This document shows positions 25,232-36,760 of a stretch of DNA of 64,000 nucleotides, piece by piece. The stretch's first letter is position 1. The number at the start of each line of letters is the position of its first letter. This DNA comes from Flectonema sp. DT1601 (taxonomy: Eukaryota): contig OZ025782.1 in assembly GCA_964019425.1 (NCBI GenBank), forward strand, positions 868,001 through 932,000, read 5' to 3'. The notes beneath the pieces were generated by a model. It was not told the origin of the DNA. It saw only the letters and a program-made list of their open reading frames with translations, and searched no databases. The translations under genes were made by a program, and so were the position numbers.

Positions 25232-26329
25232 GTATACCTTTTACTTTTTATTTGTAACGCATTTCGGGGTAACCTGTCTGAATGGGTCCCGTCCTTTTTT
25301 CGTATTGGTCACTGACAGCCCTTCAGATTGATTTGTTCTCTTGCAGTCGAGTGAACCTAACCCAATTACTGATTACCGGGCAAGTGGCGATCTGTCCCAT
25401 TTGTAACTTATTCGTCAGCCACCGATATGCCTCTTCATAACTTCAGTAATTTTCCGTGGTCGAAAAAACCTAAGCCAGGCTGGCACTGGTCCTTTGATCT
25501 ATCCGAGTTAGGTTTTATGTGTCAGGTTTATGACTCTAACAACATTAATAAGATACCGAAAAGGCATTTTTATTAAAGATGGCTCCAAAATCATGGAAAA
25601 AACCATAGACTTTGAGCACAAGACCAATGGAAACAAGGCATGCTTTAACGCCTCTCAAAAGATCAAACATTATCAGATTGATCCAAAAAAGAACAAGGAC
25701 CCCTTTAAGAAAGCTCAAGTTAACCCGAGTATTTAATGGAAGGATACATTTTTCAAGAATGGGAATAAAAAGGTTACGATGGATAATTCGAATATTTCAA
25801 AGAATGTCACCAATAAACCCAAAACCTAAGAGTAAAACAGCTTTGCGCACTGGTCTTCAAGGTACTCCAAGAAAAGGACCCTACAGAAATACCTCTTCCG
25901 AAGAGGAGGACCTCTCTATGCCGCTACACTTGAAAAAGTCAACTGAAACCTGGAACTACCTGTTAGTGTTTTTAGAACAGCTGCAGACCCGGGCGAAGTT
26001 TTCTGGCTGAAACACCTAAACGCCCCTTTGAACATGGATCGATTTGAACATCGAGAGAGGGAAAAAACGGAAGGTAAACCCCCCCATTATCCCTGATGAT
26101 AAAAGAGACAGACCCAAAGAGAAACGTGACAAATCACAACTCAGAACCTGGTATCATACGGAGGATTACAAACTCACAATAGAAACCAATGCAGGGAAAT
26201 TTGCTTCAGTCCGAAGACAGATCAACCATCTGCTGAATCTCGATTCTTTAAATGAAGATATTATCTCAGAATGGACATACTCCAGAACAAGGAGAACCCT
26301 ACGTTGAAATTTTCAATATATTGATGCTA

Positions 26330-27660
26330 AGCACCAAATACTTGATAAGATGAATATAATTATCAATGCTTTACAAAAACGCTTGTCATGTCTCACTGAA
26401 GAATCAGAAAAAGGACAGGGCAAACAAAAAGCAGCCTGGTTAAAAGTCAAATTTGTGCCCTGCCATGGGGAATATTCCTTTCAATGGAATATTTAATTGC
26501 AAAGAAGCTTTAGAACTAGCAGCAGGAAGCACAGAACCTCTAACCAGAATGAAAGTCTCTCGTAGACTCAATACAACTCTCAGGGACATCCTTTGTGATC
26601 ATGATACGGAGAGTAGGTTTCTTCCAAAAACAGATTTTGAAATCGGCTAAAGAGCCCTCGCCAAAACTTTGTTGACAAGAATAAACGAACAGACTCTCAC
26701 GTACTAATTCACGCTTCAAAGCTGCTGACAACAAAGAGATTCAAAAACCTACTTCTCCAAAGGTGGCCGTTATCGCCTACATGATAACAGCGATGAGATC
26801 CTCAAAGAAGTAGAATCAGCAGTTGATGATTTCATCTCATTGCATTATGATCACAGCAAGTTTACTAATCTTGCGATGTTTCTAAAAACTACCCTGAGAG
26901 GTTACATCAGTAATATGCCACCATTACAAAACAATAATGAACTACAAACGGTACAAAAAGAGATTACTAAAATCAAAGAACACATGGGTTTTCTCCAGAT
27001 TGACAAGACAACACACGACCTAGCTCTGTGTTGTAGACATTTGTACCAACAAACCCTCAACAACCAAATCAACGGTTGTAATGTCTACAAAGAATACAAC
27101 ATTGAAGAGACCAAAGAGGAAATGATTAGGTTAGAAAAACTTAACAAAAAACACGGCTTCAGGCACACAAACAACTTACCATATCTTTATGGTAGTCCGA
27201 AGTTTCACAAGAAACCGATGAAGTTTCGTTTCATAGCTGGTTCTTCCTCAAAAACAAACTTCGATATTCAAAAGGAAGGTGACAACTGTTTGTTTAGAGG
27301 CAAACCTCTCACTACAACCACCAAGATGTCAAAAGAACTGTCAGGCATCTTAAAAAAAAACGCGTTCGTTTAGAATTAAAACGATAGAAAAAGAAGAAGA
27401 AAGGAAAACCGGAATACAGAAATATTTCATAGTTGACAATGTTGATGAGGTAGCGAAGTATATTAAAGCTAACTACACTTGTCTCAGCTATAGAAATGTT
27501 AAGTCCTTTGACTTTAGTGACATGTACACTAATTTACCGCACAAGGAAATACTTGAGGAAATTAGTACTATCCTGAATCAGTACATGTCCAATGATGAGA
27601 CCCTAACCAGAAACGAACTCAACACTCTAGGGAATGGTTTCGCATTTTCAAATAATGAAG
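26330..27660 (+). mobile_element. Decayed Penelope-like element (PLE) reverse transcriptase remnant
   Basis: Frame-broken peptides DKTTHDLALCCRHLY, LPYLYGSPKFHKKPMKFRFIAGSS and VKSFDFSDMYTNLPH match the PLE RT N-terminal motifs (PK.HK...R.I and FD...LYTNIP). It is truncated before the DD catalytic motif. Confidence 0.75.
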
Positions 27661-28130
27661 ATGCAAAAGACAGATGAACCGCAACCCATGGAGTCACCGA
27701 GGATCAAACACCTAACGCCCCGTACACCAGAAAAATAGGTGACGAAAACATTTGAAAATCCGAAGAGTATTCTTAAAACTCAAGGTGCACCCTCCAGAGC
27801 CAAGTCAGTTGCCATCAACACCATGAATACAGATTACAGGATTCCGACTCCTACTCCGAACCTGTACTGCCACCACCAACTGCAATCAAAGGTTGGAATA
27901 TACGACAAACTGATGAGATTATGAAATCACTCAGAGATAGTCAGAGTCCAACTAGAGGCAATTCAACTACACTTCCACCACCAAAACTCCATAAGCCTAA
28001 ACAACGAAGACTAAGGAGAACTATTCCGAAGGTGGATGAAAATGAAGCAACATCAGATGTGGTATGCCAAGGCCCAGCTCCAGCTTCAACAAGAAGTGAA
28101 TCGAAACGTCTACGGACTACAGGGCATAGG

Positions 28131-28151
28131 AGGGTTTGCGGGTTTGCGGGT
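28131..28151. repeat. (GCGGGTTT)n junction motif; other copies at 30235, 32254, 32639, 32957 (reverse), 45993 (forward) and 51010/51035 (both)
   Basis: Short arrays (mostly 2-3 units) of the 8-mer at eight positions between 28 and 51 kb. Confidence 0.85.
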
Positions 28152-28335
28152 CAATTTGACTTGACAGCATTTCTTTCTCTGGTAGTTTATTTAAAGCATG
28201 CGATTTTGTGTACAGGATCCAGTTATAATGATTCATGTCTAATTTGTTTCGGGGGGTAAACCTGATCGGTCCGACCTTTTTTTGTATTGGTCACCGACAG
28301 CCCTTCGTTCAATAAAAAAACCAATCCACACACAG

Positions 28336-30225
28336 AAAAAACCCCGTGAAATCGTTGCGGATATTTTGAACAAAGTTAGTGAAGAAGACTTGCGGAAGAA
28401 ATTATCGAACCCTCATGTTCTTGTTTCTTCAACTGGATCGAAATGGGACTATCAAGAGAATGGGGGATTCAAAAAAGAGCTTTGTAAGACATTCGTTAAC
28501 AACCTAAATAAGTTTAACAGCAAGGAGAATTTAGATAAGAATAGCAGTCCTGTACCCCTTCTTGTTTGTGGCATTGGCGAGGGCAAGAGTCGGGCGCTTC
28601 AGGAAGCGCCGAAGATGCTGAAGAAACTGGCGGAAGATTCCAAGACATTCAGCCAAGTGTTGGTGTTCCAAGTAACCTTTGAGAATGGCACACCGGTGGA
28701 CAAGAAATTGAATACTCGTGAGCAAGTCCCACTGCGGATCCTTTACCACCTTTCTGATCAGACTATCAGTTATAGTCAATTCGAGATCGCTAATGGAAAT
28801 CAAGGGCTGACCCTTGGTGATGTACTGGATTACCTGGCAAAAGACAACGACAAGCCATCAGCTGTGTTACTGATGATTGATGGCGTGCATAACTTGGCTG
28901 GGAAACCCATGAAACTACCTGAAGACGACCCTCTCCGCATATTTCTTTGCAACGTTGTGAGCGGCGATTACATTTTGTGCCAACGTCGGAGGCATTTCAT
29001 CTTCCCGCTGTGTTCCTGCACTGCAAGTATTACGGCTATCGAAGCTCTAAAGCAATCCAGCACCGAGAAAGCATGGATTCCTCTGCCAAAGCTAATTACT
29101 GTCCCATTGGTAAACGGGAAACAAATCCGAATCACCCAGGAACAGCTCAGCGTCATGGGGGGACATGGCAGGGCCGTGGAGGTTTTGATGAATATCATTG
29201 CGAACAATACGGAGCAATCTATGACTGATATCCAACTCTACAGTGAAGTTGCTGAACAGCTGAGTTCGAATAAATCGGGATTCGGGGGATTCGAGTCTGA
29301 TCATGTGACCGCCTTATTAAAGGCCTGCTTCCTGAGAGATACGCTTATCCCAGGACGAGACGATGCTAACATTCCAGTTGGGGAGGACAAGCAGCTTCAT
29401 GTGAGTACCTTCACTCAGCATGGGCTTCTCAGAATTGAGAACCAGAAACTGATAATTGCACCGATCTGGTTACTCATGAATAAAAAGCAGAAAAACGGGC
29501 ACATTCTGCAAGGTTGGCAAGGGGCGACACCAGTTAGTGAAGTACAGTGGGAGCAGTTCGGGGCATGGTTCCGAATGTTTCTGTCGAGGGTACATAAGAA
29601 TGGTGGTGAGACTATGAGCCTCAAGGACTTCCACAAAGGGATGCTTTGGGCTGACGACTCCAACCCACCGACGTTCAATAATGTTCCAGTCACGCGTGTT
29701 CTACAAAGTAAATTCAAAATCTCAACGAAGAGCGAATCGAAGGCTGAGGAAATCAAAAAGGAGTCCCAGGCCGGTAGTTGGAATATCAAACTCGAGAGCA
29801 AGGAAGTTGACATCAAAGATGGAAAGTCCATTGTGATCAATGCAAAAGCTGCATCTGCAGGCGACAGCTTTATCCCTCTGACCAGCTCGCAGGGTGAAAT
29901 CTTCACTGAAGTCTATCAGCAGAAGTTGTATTTGAAGACCGTTTTTCTTAAGTCGGACGAAAAATTTCTGGATTTTGCTAAGTCGGAGATACATAAAGCA
30001 GTGGGGGATAACGATGTTCTGATATTCTCCACCCAGGCTGAGTTTCCCAGTAGCTGGAAATCTTTATTAAAAGGGAAACTCGTTGGACTTGTGCATCGTT
30101 CGAATTTCAATGATTACTTCGGACCGTTCGCTGCTTTCTGGCCGAGGAGTGAACTGAAGCCGCCAGCTGCAATGAAGCGGAAAGCATCCCACGAAGAATC
30201 CCAGCTCATCAAGAGGCCGAAGTAG
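28336..30225 (+). CDS. Crinkler/RHS-type P-loop NTPase plus restriction-endonuclease-fold protein (main exon)
   Basis: Walker A GIGEGKS, Walker B LLMIDG, GGHGRAVE, WEQFGAWFR and a PD-(D/E)xK-like NAKAASAGDSF...EVYQQK. Phase-0 acceptor CACAG| at 28335. Confidence 0.8.
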   Translation, partial: KKPREIVADILNKVSEEDLRKKLSNPHVLVSSTGSKWDYQENGGFKKELCKTFVNNLNKFNSKENLDKNSSPVPLLVCGIGEGKSRALQEAPKMLKKLAEDSKTFSQVLVFQVTFENGTPVDKKLNTREQVPLRILYHLSDQTISYSQFEIANGNQGLTLGDVLDYLAKDNDKPSAVLLMIDGVHNLAGKPMKLPEDDPLRIFLCNVVSGDYILCQRRRHFIFPLCSCTASITAIEALKQSSTEKAWIPLPKLITVPLVNGKQIRITQEQLSVMGGHGRAVEVLMNIIANNTEQSMTDIQLYSEVAEQLSSNKSGFGGFESDHVTALLKACFLRDTLIPGRDDANIPVGEDKQLHVSTFTQHGLLRIENQKLIIAPIWLLMNKKQKNGHILQGWQGATPVSEVQWEQFGAWFRMFLSRVHKNGGETMSLKDFHKGMLWADDSNPPTFNNVPVTRVLQSKFKISTKSESKAEEIKKESQAGSWNIKLESKEVDIKDGKSIVINAKAASAGDSFIPLTSSQGEIFTEVYQQKLYLKTVFLKSDEKFLDFAKSEIHKAVGDNDVLIFSTQAEFPSSWKSLLKGKLVGLVHRSNFNDYFGPFAAFWPRSELKPPAAMKRKASHEESQLIKRPK

Positions 30226-30981
30226 ACAACAGTCACCCGCAAACCCGCACATACGGAAGTTATTCTCTCACATTTTCGTTTTTGGAACACTGAGCGGGAC
30301 GGAAAAAGCTAATGCACGATAACCCTTATTTTCATCCTAAGATAGCAACGCACAATAAATAATAAATAAAAAAATTGCGATGCAACTTTTTTTTTTAATT
30401 GTCAGACTTAAGTTAAAAAGAATGTATAAAAGAAAGACAAACATAGAAGTGAAGAGAACAAAAAAAACAAAGAGTCTGGAAGCACAGACAGAGTGTATTC
30501 TCAGGTTTAATACTGCGACTAAAAGAAACCACTTAATTATTCCACCCACTACCCCTTATAGCTCAGAACGTTTCTGGTGTTTTTCTAGCCTGGCCAGCCT
30601 GTGTGATTGGACTGGTTTTTATGATAATCCGTCTAACTGCTTTCATCCTATGTGGCTGAATTGCTTTTTATAATAAAACCACGCTAGTGCCAACCTGTAT
30701 GGTTTGTCTGTTCTGCCTGCAAAACTTATGACTTTGTCTGCAAGGGATGGCTCTCATATGTTTTGGTCATTGTTGTATATTAAAGCTTTCTTAGATGAAA
30801 TGGGTTGTTCTTTAATACTAATCACTATTAATAGCGTGCAGGAAAAAAGTTTACGATGGATTTCCCCAGCCAGTACACAAGATACATATTTTTGGGGTAC
30901 GCTCGGTGTAATGGCGTACCATACTACTTCTGAGCACTATATGTAAACATCATAATTAACTGGTACTTCGATGAGATCAAA

Positions 30982-31449
30982 ATGAAAGCAGCTACAACAA
31001 TGTCAAGTTGCTCAGATTTAACCTCAGAAACCGTATCTGTGACCTCGTCCGATTCATCTTCCTCAACTACTTCCTCAAGTTCTAATACGATTGATGAAGA
31101 GTTAGTTGTGGATGTACTTATTAATTTATTAGAAGATTCAGACATTCTAATTTTTAGAGAAGAGCTTCACTTATGTCCAGCAAGGCACAACCTGAAATTT
31201 GCGAAGGTAAGTAGTAATATGTACTGTAACATCTGTGACCGCAACATGCCGCAAACCACTTATAATCTTGCATTCCAATGTAGACAAAAATACTGTGATT
31301 ATGATGTTTGTTTAAGTTGTTTGGGATTATTCGTTTGCACTGCGTGTGGTGCCACGGAATCTCAGGCTGGAAGACAATTTAATTTACGAGGCTTAAGATC
31401 ACACCAAACTCACTGCACAGTCTTTCGAGAGCAAAGCAAACGTAGTTAA
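30982..31449 (+). CDS. Small Cys-rich zinc-binding ORF (DC1/ZZ-like module plus C2HC-type finger)
   Basis: CPARH...CNICD...CRQKYCDYDVCLSC followed by CTACG...GLRSHQTHC. Confidence 0.55.
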   Translation: MKAATTMSSCSDLTSETVSVTSSDSSSSTTSSSSNTIDEELVVDVLINLLEDSDILIFREELHLCPARHNLKFAKVSSNMYCNICDRNMPQTTYNLAFQCRQKYCDYDVCLSCLGLFVCTACGATESQAGRQFNLRGLRSHQTHCTVFREQSKRS

Positions 31450-33160
31450 TTATCACTCGCAGCAAAGTATTGCGAGATGTGCTCCACTGGTAGTGCTACG
31501 AACCAGAAATCATTTATATTTTATTTTTATTCTTTATTTCCTTTATTATTTTTGCAAAAATAGTTTTCCCTTTTTTTAATTTTCCTTTAATATTTATTTA
31601 CCTTTGAAGTGTGAAGGAATACTATTTTAAGCTGTAACGGGCTACAGGGCATGGGGCGCTCAACCTGTAGTAGTGGCCCCCGAATCCCCATATTCGACAG
31701 CAGTTACCCCCCCATATTCGACAGCACATATGGGACTTTTTATCGATACCAGCTGTTGATTTCTTATATTGCAACCAGGTTTGGCCGAACCCTATTCTCG
31801 TTTTTGCCAGTTTCAAGTTGCTATCCATTTAATATTAGTATCAAGTTATCCCCCCGACTAGATCCCAACAGCATTCCACATTTCTACCTTACCACATTCA
31901 AAACAACTTCCACCTTCTGAACTCAGAGTTCATTTACTACTGCCACATAAAGAAGAAGAAAAAGAAAAAATAGAAACATACTTTTTGAAGGCAAAGGCCT
32001 GAAACATCGCAGGCGAGGCAGTGAAACAGAAGGGGCAAGCCACATTTCCACTCTGCTGAATAGAAGAAAGTGATAATGAACAAACTAAAAAATGAACGAT
32101 AACCTTATTAATACTTATTCCCATCCCAGGTAGAATTGTCACACACATTGCAGACATAAGTTTGACTGTAGGACGGTCATGTAAACGTCTTTGTTTTGGA
32201 AAGAATTCAGCACCACTGTGGTGAGAGAGTAACCTTTATGAATACTTTGTTATACCTGCAAACCTGCACTAGAGATACCTGTCGGCTCGCTTCGCTCATG
32301 CAAAGTTATTTTTCTTTTTATTTCTCTGAATGTATTAATATGCCAGGTTTTAAATTAAAAAATCCGGAGGTAATTTTCCACCAAGCTTAGAGTAGACACT
32401 GCAGAGAAAGAATCAAAGGTATCAGGCAGGAAAGTGTATGATTCCAAAGTTGGAAAAATGAACAAAACAACAGAGACATTTTTATATTTTCTTTAGCTTT
32501 CTATTTTTAAAGAAATTCTTTATACAGTTCGATCACTCTTTCTCTCACACTCACGTTTTCGAAGCCCACCCTCCTCACTCCAGTCTTACGAAATTGGACT
32601 TCACTTACCCTTGAATCAGGCAGGTGCAAAGGACAATTACCCGCAAACCCGCACTTGATACTGTCTAGGCTGGCTTCGCTCACGCAAAGTTCTTTATTTT
32701 TTGTTTTTCTGAATTAAACTTGTTTTTCTTTTACCTCAGCGTGCAAAATTAAAATGATGGCTAGGTTGTTTGCATGGTTTTTTCTTTTTTCATCACTTTT
32801 CCTCTGATGGGTTTGATCATTGCCAAATGTTGTTGTTACCCTTCATGTGTGAATGGGGGGCTGTGCTTGCTCACTTCCGAAAATTTCGCATTTCGGGGGT
32901 GGAGAAGACGTAATTTTCGCCGCTCCTATGTTAATGTTAAAGCTAACCGAGCCGGTCGCAAACCCGCAAACCCGCAAACCCTAACACCAATATGGGAATC
33001 TCTCAGGATCAGCGCTGTAGTTCACCACTTTATTCTTATGATACAAATTTCTATGTAGCAATCCATTGTCTTATCAGTTCTTAATGTGAGCAGTCTTACC
33101 ATTTATTTTATTATAGTGCAACATGATTGATTCGTCGAGCCTATAGTATAATACGACTTA

Positions 33161-33683
33161 GAGAGAGAGTTCAGCTTCCTCTGAGCCGCAATTCCACCAC
33201 GCAACTCATCCAGATTGGATTTAGAATCACTGAAGACTCTTGTGATTCCAGATCTGGGACCCAAGACAGAGGTTGCTTTTCCAAATTCACTTATTAACAG
33301 CTTCAGAGTTACCTGTTCAGCTTTATAACTACTTTCCGTTGCAACAAGTCTCGATGCCATGGTCCGTTCACACGGCGTGATCTGCACTGCCGCTGCGCCT
33401 GCCGTGTAGTTGACAGGGTCGTGGGATCCGTCAACAAAAATGGACGAGGTACATGGCCTAAGTTCGCTGCAGTACTCCTCGAACTTAGCCTTGTCCACTT
33501 CAGCAACACCGGTCTTCGAATGTCCATATCTGCAAGATATCTCCAGGTTTGGAACATCTATCCATGGCTCGATGCTGTCAGGCATGACAATCCCCTGGAT
33601 CTCCATATTACGGTCCTCGGCCGGTAAAGTTGAACCCCAAGTTCCACTAGCGATTCCCTTCGTAGAAGGAACCCAATCCAGTG
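33161..33683 (-). repeat. 523-bp inverted copy of an internal segment (35053-35575, RNase H region) of the adjacent LINE
   Basis: ORF 33103-33606(-) translates almost identically to part of ORF 33681-36200(+) (MEIQGIVMPDSIEPWIDVPNLEISC...). Confidence 0.95.
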
Positions 33684-36430
33684 GTATTCAACGACTCCTG
33701 GCTCTCAGCTAGAGTTCCGAAGGTCTGGAAAGAGGGTATGATTAGACCGGTATACAAACCGGGTAAACCCAAAGAAAAGCTATCCAGCTACAGGCCGATC
33801 ACGTTGACATCTGTAGTCGGCAAAATGCTTGAACGGATAATTTACGACAGGCTAATGTATTGGTTGACGTCAAATAATGCCTTGTCCTCCATTCAGGCAG
33901 GTTTCAGAAGGGGTAGGAATACGTGCGAGCAAATCTCACTGCTGGTCAATGCGCTTCATGGTGCGAGAAAAAGTGGTAAGAGTTCAATTCTACTCTCTTT
34001 CGACTTCACTGAGGCATTTGATAGGATAAATCATGTTAAACTGATTGCTAAAATGGTGACGATGGGGATTCCTTCACCATTCATCGGATGGGTTGCTGAC
34101 TTTCTGACGCGAAGGAAAGCAAAGGTTAGTGTCAATGGCAATCTGAGCGCATACAGAACTGTGACGAAAGGTGTTCCGCAAGGGTCGATTGTTGGACCTC
34201 CCCTTTATCTGATATATGTCGACGGCCTGGCTAAGAAACTTGAGAAGACTGGATGTGTTTCAGCACTCTACGCAGACGACACAGCTTGTGTGGTCTCGAA
34301 TAAGGATTTTAAAGTAACTTACCGGATGGCGCAATTGGCCCTTGGGTTAGTAGATCGTTGGTGCAAAGATAATGACATGGCACTGTCGGTTTCGAAGACC
34401 TGCGGGATGCCGGTGGATTGTCCTAGGAATATGTATTGGAGACTGGGATTCCCCAGAACGTCAGGAGAGAACCTCTTTCGGATCAGTAGGGAGGAACTGG
34501 CTGGGATGATTCGGTCAAATGAAGAAGGTAGGCCATTACTTGGAAATGGGGCGATGATCCTCAAGCTGGGTGACACGGAGGTTACGAAGGCAAGTGAACC
34601 TCTTGAACTGATGCCAGTGGGACCGGATCCGACCTGGGTGAAGTTGCTGACTGCCGTACTCATGCCGACGGTGGATAGTGTAAAGTACTTGGGTGTCCAT
34701 ATTGACGATGACCTTACATATGGCACACAAGTGGATAAACCACTGGATGAGACGAGGAAGGGACTTGTACTGCTTCGAAAGTTGGAGCAATTCAACTTTG
34801 ATTTCAAAACGCTGAACATGATCAAGAACTTATACATCCTCTCAAGGATTCTGTATGGGCTTGAGAGCTATGGACCTTTCTTGACAGATGAACAGCTAAA
34901 ACCTATTGACCTGAATCTGAGGAAGATAGCTAGAAAGATCACCGGCTGCGGCTTCAACACAAGGTCCCTTCCGTTACTGTGGGAGGCGAACATACTCCCG
35001 ATGAGACTGCAGATTGAGAAGCAAGCCAGGATTGCTTTATTTAGGTATCGGTCACTGGATTGGGTTCCTTCTACGAAGGGAATCGCTAGTGGAACTTGGA
35101 GTTCAACTTTACCGGCCGAGGACCGAAATATGGAGATCCAGGGGATTGTCATGCCTGACAGCATCGAGCCATGGATAGATGTTCCAAACCTGGAGATATC
35201 TTGCGGATATGGACATTCGAAGACCGGTGTTGCTGAAGTGGACAAGGCTAAGTTCGAGGAGTACTGCAGCGAACTTAGGCCATGTACCTCGTCCATTTTT
35301 GTTGACGGATCCCACGACCCTGTCAACTACACGGCAGGCGCAGCGGCAGTGCAGATCACGCCGTGTGAACGGACCATGGCATCGAGACTAGTTGCAACGG
35401 AAAGTAGTTATAAAGCTGAACAGGTAACCCTGAATCTGTTAATAAGTGAATTTGGAAAAGCAACCTCTGTCTTGGGTCCCAGATCTGGAATCACGAGAGT
35501 CTTCAGTGATTCTAAATCCAATCTGGATGAGCTGCGTGGTGGAATTGCGGCTCAGAGGAAGCTGAACTCTCTCTCGATACTAGAAGGGATAAGAAAATTA
35601 GACTCATTCGTTCACCTTCAATTCATCCCAGCTCACGTGGGAATTGAACCGCATGACAAGGCAGATGAACTGGCGAAAAAGATTTCAAAAGATGTTAAGA
35701 GCAAGCCGGTGTCAACGACTATGGACTTCTTCGCACATAAGTCAAGGATAGTGAGGGAAGCTAACAGAAAGCTGTTTGGTAAGATTATGGAGGGTTCAGC
35801 AAGGGCGAAACCACCGATCAAACGGGTGATGCTTAGGCAGTATCTTGATGCTACCGGAGGCCTGAGAGCGGCTCGATACCCCAAGGACATGCTGAGAGAA
35901 TCAGAGATAAGGATAGCCAGGTTCAGAACGGGCTCTCACCCCCTGCTCAGGGTAAATGAACTACCGATAAAGTGCCCCTTCTGCAAAAGAACAGACTCTT
36001 CTGCCAGACATCTAATATTTGATTGCGAGGATGGTGACGTGGTCCGCATTAGAGAAGGAACAATAAGATCAAACATTCAGGAAGCGAGAATCTCCGAGAC
36101 CAAACTAAATCTTTCAATAATGTTTGCGACGAGAAATCTTCACGCCCTAGCCGGCTACTTATGGCATTTGGGGCAACGAACAGGCTTATCAAACTGTTAA
36201 CTGATTGGTAGTTGCTAATTCATTAGTATCATTCTCCCTTATCACACTCCTTAATCATCTCCTAATTTCTCTGAGGACATCCGCAGAGCTTCATGGCTCG
36301 TAGGTAACCCAGTGGTCTTTGGCCACCGTCCCTGTACTGATCCTTCGCTTTATATTAACTGTGTCTTGAGATTCCTATCCGGGGAAGTCCTCCAACGGAC
36401 TCAGGTCAGTTGCGCTTGTTTTTACTTATA
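33681..36430 (+). mobile_element. Non-LTR retrotransposon A (ingi/I-group-like; RT-RNase H-CCHC), 5'-truncated; ORF 33681-36200
   Basis: RT motifs YRPITLTS, QAGFRRGR, DFTEAFDRI, GVPQGS, YADD, KYLG; RNase H FVDGS, FSDSKS, FIPAHVGIEPHDKADELAK; C-terminal CPFC...HLIFDC. Confidence 0.95.
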
Positions 36431-36536
36431 TACTTTATCAAAAAATAAGAAGGGCAAGAATGCTCAGAATGAAGAAAAATAAAGTGGAAAGACAGGGGGG
36501 ATGTGGAAAAAAAAATAATCCTGCCGTCCGCGATTT

Positions 36537-36760
36537 TCATCTCCTGGTTGGGTAACTACACATCACCTTCGGTGTTGTCGCAGTGTCTCTTCCAACACTC
36601 CTGTCTCCTTTTTCTCCTATTCTCCTTTTAAATTTCTCTTGAGGGCAGGCCTTCGGGCTGTTCAAGTGGTCTTTGACCACCGCTCTAGTTATATGCTCGA
36701 TTCTTTGTTTTTCCTTATCGATGGTAGGAATGGTAACCGAATTAGCTTCATGTGTCCAAT
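36537..36760 (+). repeat. 5' copy of the terminal direct repeat of element B
   Basis: Near-identical to 42354-42576 (tcatctcctggttgggtaact...gcttcatgtgtccaat). Confidence 0.95.
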
